From: an uncultured archaeon
GTDB taxonomy: Archaea > Thermoproteota > Nitrososphaeria_A > Caldarchaeales > Wolframiiraptoraceae
Assembly (NCBI GenBank): GCA_937974645.1
Contig: CALJVH010000024.1
Location: 9,105-73,104, forward strand
Direction: 5' to 3'
Length of the DNA stretch: 64,000 nt
Position numbers and translations under genes: made by a program. Below are positions 9,325 through 22,508 of this stretch, piece by piece. The notes under the pieces were generated by a model that was not told where the DNA came from, did not search any database, and saw only the letters and a program-made list of their open reading frames with translations. Positions within the stretch are counted from its first letter, which is position 1. Each line of letters begins with the position of its first letter.

Positions 9325-11023
9325 ACTTTAGCTCGCTCGACGAATCCCTCCTGCAGAACCCGAACCTCTCGAATTGAACTACCTCGTCAAGCTTCACGGT
9401 CTCGACAGCCCTCTCGCCGAATCCCTTCATGATCCTCAGGCTCTCCGGGTTAATCTCGCCATTGAAATACAGCACGTTGGGGACGAGAACCTCGACCTCT
9501 AGATATTCGTCGGCAGGAACCCACTGGATTATCTGGATATTCTTAATCGGCCCCCTTCCCAGAAACTCCGCTCGAATCAAGTCGTCATGAACCTCCAAAA
9601 CACTGAAGTTCAGCAGGTACTTCAGTCTATAGACCTCACCGGGCCTCATCCTCTCAGCATCCACTCCAGATATGTAGAACTCGCCGCCAGCCTTGAGAAT
9701 CCTTGATCCAAGATCTTTATTTGAGGGATGATATGGCGCCTCCACGGAGATCTCCGGGGCATCATCAACCAGAAGCTTAACGGGGTTTGGCGTGAAGAAA
9801 AGCCTTCTCGCAACTGGATCCAGCATCTTCCTGTTTATCGCGAAGAGAAGCGACCAGTCATACTCCCGCTTCGCATAGGAGAAGCCTGTTTGAGTTATTG
9901 TGAACTCCCTTATCGCCTCCGGGAGTATCCCCCTCCTCCTAACGCCCTCGATCGTCGGGAATCGTGGATCATCCCAGCTCCTCGCGAGACCTGCTTCCAG
10001 TATCGCCCTAAGCCTCCTCTTCGATACCGGCGTGCCCTTGAACTCAAACCTCGAGTACTCAATGTATATTGGATGATGCTCCATGCCAAGCAGGCTCCTG
10101 ATATAATTCTGCAACTCATCCCTCAAGGCGAACTCGCTGGTTCTCAGGACGTGTGTTACCCCGCATAGATAGTCCTCGATAGAGACAGCGAAGTCGTAGA
10201 GGGGCCAGACCCTGTACCGGTTGCCGGTTAATGGGTGTGAGTGCTCTATTATCCTGAATAGCGCCGGATCCCTCATCGTCGTGTTCGCATGCCTCATGTC
10301 CCCGACGAGCCTGAGAACCGCCTCACCTTCGCCAAAGCTTCCAGCGAGCATCTCATTCCACAGGCGAAGGTTTTCATCGACTCCCTGCCCCCTATGCTCA
10401 CATTCCCCTCCGAACGCTCTCAGCCTCCTGATCCTCTCGGTGGGACATGCACAGACATATGCTTTCCCAGCCCTGATGAGCCGCTCAGCGTACTTATAGA
10501 ATAGATCTATGTCATCGCTGTTATTCTTCTCGTGATCCCATTCAATCCCGAGCCACTTATACCCTTTCCTGAAGCTATCATAGTACTCGAGCCTCGCCTT
10601 CCGCGGATCGGTGTCCTCAAACCTCAGCCAGACCTTGCCCTCATACATCCTAGCGTATAGATAGTTTAGGAGGCCGCTCATCGCGTGGCCTATATGCATG
10701 TAGCCGCTTGGCTCTGGTGGAAGCCTCGTAACGACCTTGCCTAACTCGGCCCCCGGTAATGGTGGAAGCCGTTTCTCCTCAACACGCTTGGTCTCAAGGA
10801 GCTCCGGCGCGACCTCGCGGAGGAGCGCACGCTGCTCCTCAAGGCTCATCGAGTTCACCTTCTCGATGGCGGCCTCAGCAGCTCTCCTAAGGCTTCCGAT
10901 GTCCATCTTAAGCTCTGGCCTTTCGCCGAGCATCTTCGCGATGACGGGCCCTACCATCGCCTTTCCATCATGCTCGACGGCATTCTTCAAGGCCCACTTC
11001 AAGGCGATCTTATCCAGATCCAT
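9305..11023 (-). CDS. gltX: Glutamyl-tRNA synthetase (archaeal/eukaryal type)
   Basis: 572 aa, class I HIGH-type motif PEPSGYMHIGHA and a KMSKS-like VSKRRL. Its 3' end overlaps fni convergently by 20 nt. Confidence 0.85.
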   Translation of the reverse strand: MDLDKIALKWALKNAVEHDGKAMVGPVIAKMLGERPELKMDIGSLRRAAEAAIEKVNSMSLEEQRALLREVAPELLETKRVEEKRLPPLPGAELGKVVTRLPPEPSGYMHIGHAMSGLLNYLYARMYEGKVWLRFEDTDPRKARLEYYDSFRKGYKWLGIEWDHEKNNSDDIDLFYKYAERLIRAGKAYVCACPTERIRRLRAFGGECEHRGQGVDENLRLWNEMLAGSFGEGEAVLRLVGDMRHANTTMRDPALFRIIEHSHPLTGNRYRVWPLYDFAVSIEDYLCGVTHVLRTSEFALRDELQNYIRSLLGMEHHPIYIEYSRFEFKGTPVSKRRLRAILEAGLARSWDDPRFPTIEGVRRRGILPEAIREFTITQTGFSYAKREYDWSLLFAINRKMLDPVARRLFFTPNPVKLLVDDAPEISVEAPYHPSNKDLGSRILKAGGEFYISGVDAERMRPGEVYRLKYLLNFSVLEVHDDLIRAEFLGRGPIKNIQIIQWVPADEYLEVEVLVPNVLYFNGEINPESLRIMKGFGERAVETVKLDEVVQFERFGFCRRDSSSELKFIFAHD

Positions 11024-11129
11024 CGCCGTAGTCGACTCGGCGCGCCCCTCTTATAATGTTCTCCGAATGCCGGGGCTAGAGAAGGTTTTTAGCTTGGGCT
11101 CTTGCGAAGTGGTGGGGAGATGAGGGCGT

Positions 11130-11516
11130 ATGCCTAATCCGAAGCCCAGTTATGTAACGTTTGATGTTCCTGAGGAGTTGATGAGGGCCACCCTCGAGGT
11201 TGTGAGGCTCGCTAGAGAGACCGGTAAGATCAGGAAGGGAGTTAATGAGGTCATTAAGTCTATCGAGCGTGGTCAGGCAAAGTTTGTCGTGATAGCCACA
11301 GATGTTGATCCACCGGAGATAGTTGCATTCTTGCCAATATTATGTGATGAGCGAAAGATACCATACACTTTCGTTTCATCAAAGAGGGAACTTGGGGAGG
11401 CCTCCGGCCTTCAGGTAGGCGCTAGCAGCGTCTCGATAATCGAGCCCGGGGATGCCAAGGACTTCATGGATGAGGTAATCAAGAAGATTAACGAGATAAG
11501 GGGCGTAAAAGGCTAG
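11130..11516 (+). CDS. rpl7ae: Ribosomal protein L7Ae (kink-turn binding)
   Basis: [33 protein letters not shown]...LCDERKIPY, the typical L7Ae sequence. Confidence 0.9.
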   Translation: MPNPKPSYVTFDVPEELMRATLEVVRLARETGKIRKGVNEVIKSIERGQAKFVVIATDVDPPEIVAFLPILCDERKIPYTFVSSKRELGEASGLQVGASSVSIIEPGDAKDFMDEVIKKINEIRGVKG

Positions 11517-11722
11517 TCTTCCGTCAGGAGCCTCTGCTCCTCCGTCAGCTTTGAGGACACTATCAGCTTCGCCGTCGGGGACTTCGCCTTCATTATCACG
11601 TTGAATCCACAGTAGGGACATCTAGTTTCAGCTATTTTTGAGAGCATCCTCCTCTCGAACTTCTTACCGCACCAGACGCACTGGTAGACGACGTTGGCGT
11701 CTGATTCCTGCTGGAAGGACAT
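11513..11722 (-). CDS. rpoP: RNA polymerase subunit Rpo12 (RpoP) with a C-terminal tail
   Basis: [10 protein letters not shown]....[20 protein letters not shown] matches the RpoP Zn-ribbon consensus (YxCxxCG...RCPYCGxxI..K.R.PT.K). Confidence 0.7.
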   Translation of the reverse strand: MSFQQESDANVVYQCVWCGKKFERRMLSKIAETRCPYCGFNVIMKAKSPTAKLIVSSKLTEEQRLLTED

Positions 11723-11814
11723 GCTGCAAGGCAGGGCGGCCCAGCCATTAATAAGTATTGTCGGGGATGCAGGGAAACTTGATAAGTCATTTCTCCATCC
11801 CTCGGATTCGAGGG

Positions 11815-12456
11815 ATGATCTTTAGGGATAGGCTTGATGCTGGTGAGAAGCTGGCTGAACTTCTATCAGATTATCAGTGTGGAAAACTCGCAGTCATAGC
11901 TATTCCAAGGGGAGGGGTTGAGGTCGGGTACATTCTAGCCGTGAGGCTTGACGCTCCGATGGAGGTCACAGTGCCTAGGAAGATCGGGGCTCCAATGGAT
12001 CCGGAGCTCGCGGTAGGAGCCATCGCGGAAGACGGGACCCTCTACGTGGATGAGGAGGTCGCTAGGCTCGTCGGGGTTAGCGGAGAATGGATAAGAAACG
12101 AGGGCGAGAGGGAGCTTCGGGAGGTGAGGCGGAGGATCGAGGCCTATCGCTGGGGCAAGCCTCTTCCAAGGCTCGAGGGATATACCGTGGTTCTTGTAGA
12201 TGATGGTGTGGCGACCGGCGCGACGATCATTGCGACCGCAAGATTTCTCCGGAAGCTCGAGCCGAAAAAGCTCATTATCGCGGTTCCAGTAGCTCCCCCC
12301 GAAACGCTTCCAAAGCTCTCAAGAGAAGTGGATGATGTGAGGTGTGTTGAGACACCTAGTCCGTTCTTCGCCATAGGCCAGTTCTACCATGACTTCTATC
12401 AGCTCAGCGATGCGCAGGTTCTAGACTATCTTTCGAGGGTTAAGAGGCTGGTTTAG
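11815..12456 (+). CDS. Phosphoribosyltransferase-family protein (COG1926-like)
   Basis: FRDRLDAGEKLA start, IPRGGVEVG, and the PRPP loop VVLVDDGVATGATI. I preferred the ATG at 11815. Confidence 0.65.
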   Translation: MIFRDRLDAGEKLAELLSDYQCGKLAVIAIPRGGVEVGYILAVRLDAPMEVTVPRKIGAPMDPELAVGAIAEDGTLYVDEEVARLVGVSGEWIRNEGERELREVRRRIEAYRWGKPLPRLEGYTVVLVDDGVATGATIIATARFLRKLEPKKLIIAVPVAPPETLPKLSREVDDVRCVETPSPFFAIGQFYHDFYQLSDAQVLDYLSRVKRLV

Positions 12457-12689
12457 CCGCGTTTCAATAGAAGAAGAATCGCGTATAGTACGGTGAAGAT
12501 TATGATCAATAGGGGAGAGGTTCCGATATAGACCCCGTCAAATCTTTTCCCGAAAAGTATGAGTGGATGGATTTCCTCAAGCTTTACCCCAATTCTAGCG
12601 ATCAACGGCATAATCAGTAGGAGCGCCCCGATGATTATCAGGAGTATTCCGAAAAATGCGAGAGGATTTAGAGCTTCCTTTTCGAACAT
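12453..12689 (-). CDS. Small membrane protein, two or three predicted TM helices
   Basis: 78 aa with strongly hydrophobic segments (FFGILLIIIGALLLIMPLI, LLIIIFTVLYAILLLL). I cannot name a family. Confidence 0.4.
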   Translation of the reverse strand: MFEKEALNPLAFFGILLIIIGALLLIMPLIARIGVKLEEIHPLILFGKRFDGVYIGTSPLLIIIFTVLYAILLLLKRG

Positions 12690-12693
12690 TTCT

Positions 12694-14148
12694 TTAGCCC
12701 TTCACAACGCCTATCGGTATAAGCCTCGCGACCTTCGTCCCTATGCCTGCTCGATGGCTTACCTCCGCGACTATGTCGACGTTTTTGTATGCCTGGTCAG
12801 CCTCCTCGACGACGGTTTCCATGCTATCACTCCTGATGTAGATTCCCTTCCTGTTGAGAGACTGTATAACTTGGTTTGCGGTGAGCCTCCTCTTAGCCTC
12901 GGCTCTACTTGCTGTCCTGCCAGCTCCATGGGCAGTGCTTCCAAACGTCATCTCCATCGCCTTCGGATTTCCTAGAAGGACCCAGCTCGCGGTCCCCATC
13001 GACCCTGGTAAGAGAACCGGCTGCCCAATATCCCTGTAATCCTCCGGGACGAGCGGGTGGCCCGCTGGGAAGCTCCTCGTAGCGCCCTTCCTATGAACCC
13101 AGGTATTCTTCCTCACACCATCAACCACGTGCTCCTCAAGCTTTACGATGTTGTGCGCGACATCGTAAACTAGCTCTAGCCCAATGGCCTCAGCCGGTTG
13201 CTTGAAGATCTCCATGAAGCTCTGCCTAACCCAGTGGCTTATCGCCTGCCTGTTCGCGAAGGCGAAGTTAACCGCGCACGCGAACGCCTTCAGATAGCTC
13301 TCAGCCTCCTTGCTCTTTGCCGGCGCGCACGCGAGCTCCCTATCCGGAAGCCTTATCCCATACTTGTGGGCAGCCCTCTCCATGACTCTAAGGTAGTCGC
13401 TACAGATCTGATGACCGTATCCCCTGCTCCCAGTGTGGACGAGGACTGTTACCTGGCCTTCATGGGTTATGCCCATTCTCTCGGCAGCCCTCTCATCGAA
13501 TATCTTGTCGACGACTTGGACTTCTAGGAAGTGGTTGCCGCTTCCCAGCGTGCCTATCTGAGGTAGGCCGCGCTCCTTCGCCGCCGCGCTCACATAGCTC
13601 GGGTCAGCCCACTCTAGACAACCCTCCTCCTCAATATGCTTCAGATCCTCAGGCCATCCCAAGCCAAATCTCTCGATCACGTATCTCGCACCCTCGACCG
13701 CTATCCTATCAAGCTCGCTCCTAGTAACCTGGAAGTCCCTCCTCCTAGATCCCAAGCCCGATGGAACATTCCTGAAAATCGCGTTAATTAGCTCCTGAAT
13801 CCTCGGCCTCACATCATTCTCATCCAAGTTCGTGACCATCAACCTGACCCCACAGTTTATGTCATATCCGACCCCTCCTGGCGAGATTACGCCCTCCTCG
13901 TAGTCTGTTGCGCCTACTCCGCCTATCGGGAATCCATAGCCCTCGTGGGCATCTGGCAGAACTACTGCATGCTTCAAGATCCCGGGTAGGGTCGCGACGT
14001 TCGCGGCTTGTATAAGTGTCCTATCCTGCATCATCTTTTCCAAAAGCTCCTCGGAGGCGAAGACTAGGACTTGGACACGCATATCCGGCCTGTGTTTCGG
14101 AATCCTCCAGACCACTTCATCTACTCTCTCTAATGGAGTCTGCGGCAT
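12694..14148 (-). CDS. rtcB: RNA ligase RtcB (tRNA splicing ligase)
   Basis: 484 aa, with the motifs PDAHEGYGFPIGG, GYDINCGVR, SGNHFLEVQ and HTGSRGYGHQ. Confidence 0.9.
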   Translation of the reverse strand: MPQTPLERVDEVVWRIPKHRPDMRVQVLVFASEELLEKMMQDRTLIQAANVATLPGILKHAVVLPDAHEGYGFPIGGVGATDYEEGVISPGGVGYDINCGVRLMVTNLDENDVRPRIQELINAIFRNVPSGLGSRRRDFQVTRSELDRIAVEGARYVIERFGLGWPEDLKHIEEEGCLEWADPSYVSAAAKERGLPQIGTLGSGNHFLEVQVVDKIFDERAAERMGITHEGQVTVLVHTGSRGYGHQICSDYLRVMERAAHKYGIRLPDRELACAPAKSKEAESYLKAFACAVNFAFANRQAISHWVRQSFMEIFKQPAEAIGLELVYDVAHNIVKLEEHVVDGVRKNTWVHRKGATRSFPAGHPLVPEDYRDIGQPVLLPGSMGTASWVLLGNPKAMEMTFGSTAHGAGRTASRAEAKRRLTANQVIQSLNRKGIYIRSDSMETVVEEADQAYKNVDIVAEVSHRAGIGTKVARLIPIGVVKG

Positions 14149-14254
14149 AGATGAGCACCAGGAAAATATCTTCTGAAGCGCTAGCTTTAAGTATTATCCT
14201 CCCCGGGGCGCCATCGGAGAAAAATTTGTCAGCCATCAATCAGCACTATATCTC

Positions 14255-17217
<2,963 letters not shown>

Positions 17218-17266
17218 CTATTCTTTCCCAATGCCATCTTATAACTATTTGTATTCACTGATGATG

Positions 17267-17539
17267 TTAATAAAATATCCGGAAATTCTTGTATTCGCCA
17301 AGATACTCCTCCCACTCAACATCTATGCTTATCACTTTTGCTCCTGGAGGCCCGACCCAGCACCATGAGATCATGCGCTTGACAGCATCTTCCTCGCCTT
17401 CGAAGACTGCTTCAACCCTTCCATCTGGTAAATTCCTAATCCATCCTTTTACGCCGAGCCTCTCAGCCATTTTCTTCGCGTTAACTCTGTAGAAAACTCC
17501 CTGAACCTTCCCGCTTATTATCACATGGGCACGAGCCAT
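17267..17539 (-). CDS. acyP: Acylphosphatase
   Basis: VIISGKVQGVFYR...GVKGWIRNLPDGRVE signature. Start chosen at the internal ATG (MARAHV). Confidence 0.85.
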   Translation of the reverse strand: MARAHVIISGKVQGVFYRVNAKKMAERLGVKGWIRNLPDGRVEAVFEGEEDAVKRMISWCWVGPPGAKVISIDVEWEEYLGEYKNFRIFY

Positions 17540-17627
17540 CTTCAAAGTCTTCACGCTCACCTCTCAGGATAGCGTTAAACTCTAAATCAACGCGGTATTT
17601 TATGGTATCCGAGAGAGCTGCTGGAAA

Positions 17628-18728
17628 ATGATCGAGATAGCAGTGATTGGAGGAGGGGCAGCGGGTTTAATCGCGGCGCGCGAAGCGGCTAGAATGTCCG
17701 CCGAAGTAACGGTATTCGAAGAACACGAGGGAATCGGTGAACCGGAGAGATGCGCTGGCCTCCTAAGCCTCTCGGGTCTCGAGAAGTTAGGATTCTCGGC
17801 AAATGGAAGCTATCTCCAGAACATTGTGAGAGGAGCGATGATAAAAAGTGTTAGGGGAAAATGGAGAATCCTTGATGCCGGTAGACCCATCGCGGCGGTT
17901 GTTAGCAGGAGGTTATTTGATAAGGAGATTGCAAAGCAGGCGGAGCAGGCTGGAGCCGAGATAATCTGCGGGGTTAGAGTTGAGAATGTTAAGAGGAACG
18001 AAAATTCATTTCAAATCAACACTAGTGGAGGCAGCTACCGATCACGTTGGATAATAGATGCTGAGGGAGCTGGGGCAGCATTATTGGGAAGATTTCTTAG
18101 AGCCGGATCGGAGCCAAGAAGATGGATCCCAATAATTCAGCTGCTCGTGGAGAATCATGGCCTTGACAGGAGGTTTGTCTACATTTACCTGAAAAACTAT
18201 CTACCCGACTTCTTCGCTTATCTGATACCGATTGATGAGAGTGTAGGTAAGCTCGGCATAGCATCTAGGAATCCCGGCCTAAGAAAGTTGCTGAAGAAGT
18301 TTCTGGAAGAGGAGTTTCCAGGCGTGCGCTGCCTTGACTCATTTTCCCACGTGATTTATACAGGGCATCCGATAGATAGCACGGCATTGTTCCCGATGAG
18401 ATTTATTCCTGTTGGGGATGCCGCCGGACATGTTAAGGCGACGACGGGTGGTGGGGTGATAATGGGCGGCCTGATCGCCGCGAGGATCGCGTCGGCGGCG
18501 GCAATAAGTCTCAAGAAAGGCTCGCCAGACATGCTCATAGCGGAGGCTAGAGAGATGATCAGGGAGCTTGAGAGAATAGCGTTTCTTCGAAGGCTCATTG
18601 GCAGGATGAATTCTCCTTTTCTTGGCATCCTAATCGCTCTCGCGACATCGAAGCTGGGAGGCTTTTATCTCTCCAAGAGCGGCGACATGGACTTTCAAGC
18701 ATCCTCGGTTCTCGGGTTTCATCGCTAG
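17628..18728 (+). CDS. FAD-dependent geranylgeranyl reductase family protein (paralog 1)
   Basis: N-terminal dinucleotide fold VIGGGAAG, C-terminal PVGDAAGHVKATTGGG. 366 aa. Confidence 0.7.
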   Translation: MIEIAVIGGGAAGLIAAREAARMSAEVTVFEEHEGIGEPERCAGLLSLSGLEKLGFSANGSYLQNIVRGAMIKSVRGKWRILDAGRPIAAVVSRRLFDKEIAKQAEQAGAEIICGVRVENVKRNENSFQINTSGGSYRSRWIIDAEGAGAALLGRFLRAGSEPRRWIPIIQLLVENHGLDRRFVYIYLKNYLPDFFAYLIPIDESVGKLGIASRNPGLRKLLKKFLEEEFPGVRCLDSFSHVIYTGHPIDSTALFPMRFIPVGDAAGHVKATTGGGVIMGGLIAARIASAAAISLKKGSPDMLIAEAREMIRELERIAFLRRLIGRMNSPFLGILIALATSKLGGFYLSKSGDMDFQASSVLGFHR

Positions 18729-19876
18729 ATGCTGAGAAGCTGTTTTGCGAGCTTTACGGCTAACCTCGGGTGACTGAGGAGCTTTCTCGCAACCCTTCCA
18801 ACGTTAAGCCCGTTCGCGAGATCTATTATGTCCTCGTCATCGAGTATGTCCGCGAGCTCGTTTAGATCCGCGTCGCTCAGGCCCTCGATAACCCTTAATA
18901 CGCGGAGGCTTCTCCTTATCCTTTCAAGCCAAGGCTTATACTTCTCATCGAAGGCTTTGAGCCTCTCCTCCGAGGTGTCTCCCTCTTGGGAAGCTTCTCC
19001 AGCTACCTCTCCCGCGGCCAGCCCGGCCGCTATTGAGGAGTGTATTCCCCCGCCAGTCATTGGTATAACCATTCCAGCGGCATCGCCTATCAGGATCGCG
19101 TGATCGAAGATGTATTTGCTTATCACGCCGCCCACCGGCACCGGCGAGCCGCGATCATCTATCACCTGGGCTGATCCGAACTCGCTCTTGAGCATCTCCA
19201 AGACCCTATCCATGTATGGCTTAAGCGGCGCGCCTCTAACTCCCAAGCCAACCTCAGCCACCTTATCACTGAAAGGGAAGAGCCAGGCATAACCCCTCGG
19301 CGCTATCTCGTTTCCAACATAGATTCTGATCTCGTCAATACTCTCGAGCTTCAATCCAGCCATGAGATATTGAAGCGTCGGAATCGGCTCAGACCGCTCA
19401 TTAACGCCGAGAGCCCTCACGACTCTAGAATTGTATCCATCTGCCCCTATGAGAGTCAAGCACTCATACTCGGCTTTAGGGGTCCTCACGATCAACCCAT
19501 TCTCCTTTTTCGCTAGGTTGAAGAAAGGCTCGTTGACGTGAATTTCGGCGCCGTGTTCCGCTGCCTGGGCCGCGATCTCTTGGAGAAGTAGAGTCTTGTT
19601 TATCAGGTATCCGGTCTCCGGAATCTTAACACTCCTGCCATTTGGTGCATAAACCCTCGCACTCACTCGATTCAATATCATTGGTGAGGTAGGTTTAACC
19701 CCGGCGGTCTCAAATGTATGCACGCTAACAGCTTGGCCGCATGGCTTCAAGGCCATTATGGCCGGATTCTTCTCCAGTAGAAGCGTCTTGGCGCCAGTTT
19801 TAGCGGACGCTTTCGCGGCGGCCACACCAGCAGGCCCGCCGCCAACAACTATAACATCAAACCTTCGGGAGCTCAT
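18725..19876 (-). CDS. FAD-dependent geranylgeranyl reductase family protein (paralog 2)
   Basis: DVIVVGGGPAG, LIGADG and IGDAAGMVIPMTGGGI. 383 aa. It is convergent with paralog 1, with a 4-nt overlap. Confidence 0.75.
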   Translation of the reverse strand: MSSRRFDVIVVGGGPAGVAAAKASAKTGAKTLLLEKNPAIMALKPCGQAVSVHTFETAGVKPTSPMILNRVSARVYAPNGRSVKIPETGYLINKTLLLQEIAAQAAEHGAEIHVNEPFFNLAKKENGLIVRTPKAEYECLTLIGADGYNSRVVRALGVNERSEPIPTLQYLMAGLKLESIDEIRIYVGNEIAPRGYAWLFPFSDKVAEVGLGVRGAPLKPYMDRVLEMLKSEFGSAQVIDDRGSPVPVGGVISKYIFDHAILIGDAAGMVIPMTGGGIHSSIAAGLAAGEVAGEASQEGDTSEERLKAFDEKYKPWLERIRRSLRVLRVIEGLSDADLNELADILDDEDIIDLANGLNVGRVARKLLSHPRLAVKLAKQLLSI

Positions 19877-19953
19877 CCTAGAATCGCCTAGAGGCGGCTT
19901 TTACTCGAGCTTATAGTTTTTTCCGCAACCCGGGCATATGATGTGGGGTGGAT

Positions 19954-20829
19954 TTACTCGGCCGAGATAACGTGATTTCTTAGAGCCCCGATTTTCTCGA
20001 TCCACATCTCGACAACATCTCCGGGTTGCAGGAGCTTTGGCTCTGGCTTCTGGAATATCCCGACCCCTGCCGGGGTTCCGGTGGCTATTATGTCTCCCGG
20101 CTCTAGGGTCATTCCCTGGCTGAGTGTTGAGATTATCTCTGGTATCTTCCTAATCATTTTCGAGGTAGAGGAGCTTTGCCTTATCTCGCCATTAACCATC
20201 GTGAGCATTCTGAGGTTGTGAGGGTCGCCGATCTCCTCCTTAGAGACCACGCATGGACCCGTTGGCGCGAATGTATCCATGATCTTCCCACGAGTCCATT
20301 GTCCATCCTTGAATTGTACGTCCCTAGCCGATACGTCGTTTAGGATCATGTATCCGAATACATTCTCGTATATCTCCTCCGACTCAATATCTTTGCATCG
20401 GCTGGCGATTATTACTGCGAGCTCGACCTCGTAGTCAAGCTTCTCCACACGCTTCGGCTTTATGATTGAGTCAAACGGCCCCGTGAGTGCTGTCGCGGGC
20501 TTCATGAATATCGGCATGCCCTCAGGTGGCTCGAGGCCGGCCTCCTCCGCATGATCCTGATAATTTAAGCCTAGGCAGATTATCTTTCCAGGATTTGGTA
20601 TCGGTGGTCCTAAATGAAGCTCTTCTAAGGATATAGATTCCATGGGAATCTTTCCCAGAACAGAGTTGATGAGCTCTATGAGCTCCCTATCGGGCATTAG
20701 GGCCTTGATATCTTTGGGAAGGCTTAGGCCGATAGCGCTTTCCACGAAGTATCTTGGTATAACCCTGTCCCTAGAGATGAGGAAGCCATAATCCTGCTCA
20801 TCGCCGAGGTCATAGCTCACGATCCGCAT
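19954..20829 (-). CDS. Fumarylacetoacetate hydrolase family protein
   Basis: LDYEVELAVII, NDVSARD and GDIIATGTPAGVG motifs. Confidence 0.8.
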   Translation of the reverse strand: MRIVSYDLGDEQDYGFLISRDRVIPRYFVESAIGLSLPKDIKALMPDRELIELINSVLGKIPMESISLEELHLGPPIPNPGKIICLGLNYQDHAEEAGLEPPEGMPIFMKPATALTGPFDSIIKPKRVEKLDYEVELAVIIASRCKDIESEEIYENVFGYMILNDVSARDVQFKDGQWTRGKIMDTFAPTGPCVVSKEEIGDPHNLRMLTMVNGEIRQSSSTSKMIRKIPEIISTLSQGMTLEPGDIIATGTPAGVGIFQKPEPKLLQPGDVVEMWIEKIGALRNHVISAE

Positions 20830-20871
20830 GACATCTTAGAGGACAATAGACGATTTAATTGTTAAGGCGGC

Positions 20872-21888
20872 CTAGGCGTTCGGCTTCGAGAATATTATGA
20901 TACTCTCCCTCGCCTCCCCGATCTTTATCACCCTCCGCGCGGTCGCAACTCTCTTATTCACGACAATCAGTCTCTCGGCCTCAAATCCAACCCTCTCCGC
21001 GAGCTCGAGGATCATCTTATCCGACTCGACGATCCTATCGGGGAATACCCCTCCTGCGACGACGAGCGCAACCCTTCCACCAGGCTTCAGAACCCTAATC
21101 ATCTCCTCGAGGCAGAGCCTCATATCGTGGAAGTAGGCCTTTGCAACCTCGGGTAAGTTCAGCTCCGGAAACTGGTCCACAACATTCCTTGGATTCAATC
21201 CCAGATAAGATCTGACGAGATCTATCTTTACGTCCCTGAAGAAGAGCTCATATTCGATCCTGTAAACTTTGGTGTACTCGATTTTGTTGAGGTAGGGTGG
21301 CGAGGTTATTATCGCGTCAAATGCTTCATCCTTGAGGAAGTCCATCTTCCTTGCATCTCCTAAGTATACCTCGAGCCTGCACGGCTTGAAGCTTAGTCTT
21401 GTGAGGTCCTTCATCATCTTCTTGACGACTCTTTTGAAGAATTTTCTGAATGGCGGGACGGGCTTATTCCTCACGACCTTTAGGACAGCGCCATTTTTAT
21501 AGGCGAGTGAGACCTTCATCGCGGCATTCATTAGCGCTAGGGTAAAGAAGTTTCTAACGACCGGATCCTTGATCTCTTGAATCTTATTCCTGAAGAAAAT
21601 TATGTCCTCGAGCGACGGCTTTAAGAAGAACTGCTTAACGAATCCACTTATCCCTGAGAGGTCTGGTTTTCGGAATGACTGGCTTAGGAGCCAGCTCGCG
21701 GTATTCCTAAGCTCATCCAGATTATAATCCGCTATTTTGACCCTGCTCACAAAGACTGCTAGTGGTGCTACATCCACGCCCACACCATCCACGCCAAGCT
21801 CCTTGCAGGCTAGTAGTGTCGTACCAGAGCCGAGAAACGGATCCAAGACCCTCGATCCCGGGCCAACCTTGAATTCCCGGAGCATCAT
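20872..21888 (-). CDS. N6-adenine / N4-cytosine type DNA methyltransferase (orphan); the 5' end is probably disrupted by a frameshift
   Basis: The SAM motif VLDPFLGSGTT lies near the N-terminus and the catalytic motif IITSPPY about 175 aa later. An upstream piece in another frame joins at an A6/T6 tract (see findings). Confidence 0.7.
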   Translation of the reverse strand: MMLREFKVGPGSRVLDPFLGSGTTLLACKELGVDGVGVDVAPLAVFVSRVKIADYNLDELRNTASWLLSQSFRKPDLSGISGFVKQFFLKPSLEDIIFFRNKIQEIKDPVVRNFFTLALMNAAMKVSLAYKNGAVLKVVRNKPVPPFRKFFKRVVKKMMKDLTRLSFKPCRLEVYLGDARKMDFLKDEAFDAIITSPPYLNKIEYTKVYRIEYELFFRDVKIDLVRSYLGLNPRNVVDQFPELNLPEVAKAYFHDMRLCLEEMIRVLKPGGRVALVVAGGVFPDRIVESDKMILELAERVGFEAERLIVVNKRVATARRVIKIGEARESIIIFSKPNA

Positions 21889-22058
21889 GTGGACGAACTC
21901 GCGGGAGAAACCTTCCTTAAAGAAAAAACCAGTTATAAACTGGGGTCTTCTTGTTCGGGACGAATGTTACGAGCCTGCCGAGATCCCAGCGCTCCTCATA
22001 GATCACCATGCAATTTCCCTCTAAGAGAATGGTTTCTGAGCCTTTTTAGCGTTATTGC

Positions 22059-22508
22059 TTAGCTTATGACCCTCAGAACCACCGCGGTCTCCGTGCTCTT
22101 TACTCCATCTACACCCCTTATCCTGTCTATTCTCTCATTGAGCTCCGAGATCCTCGAGGCTGAGATTATCACTATGGCGTCGAATCTCCCTGTCAGCTCG
22201 TAGATTGCCTGAACCCCGGGCACCTTGGCAATCTTCTCGATGATCCCTCCCGGGAGGCTGCTTGACTCGAACTGGAGGAAAATCACGGCGCTTACCTGGA
22301 ACTCCTCATCAACCTCTATCGTGAATCTCTTGATTATCCCCTGCTCCTGGAGCATCTTGACCCTTCGCCTAACTGCGGCCTCCGATAAGCCCACCTTCTT
22401 TCCAAGCTCGACGAATGGCATCCTACCATCTTTCCTAAGGAGCTCGATTATCTTAAGATCTACCGGGTCGAGTGCATGATGCTCCTCAACCATCACGATC
22501 CTGGCCAT
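22059..22508 (-). CDS. lrp: Lrp/AsnC family transcriptional regulator
   Basis: LDPVDLKIIELLRKDGRMPFVELGKKVGLSEAAVRRRV HTH followed by a RAM/ACT-like C-domain. 149 aa. Confidence 0.85.
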   Translation of the reverse strand: MARIVMVEEHHALDPVDLKIIELLRKDGRMPFVELGKKVGLSEAAVRRRVKMLQEQGIIKRFTIEVDEEFQVSAVIFLQFESSSLPGGIIEKIAKVPGVQAIYELTGRFDAIVIISASRISELNERIDRIRGVDGVKSTETAVVLRVIS

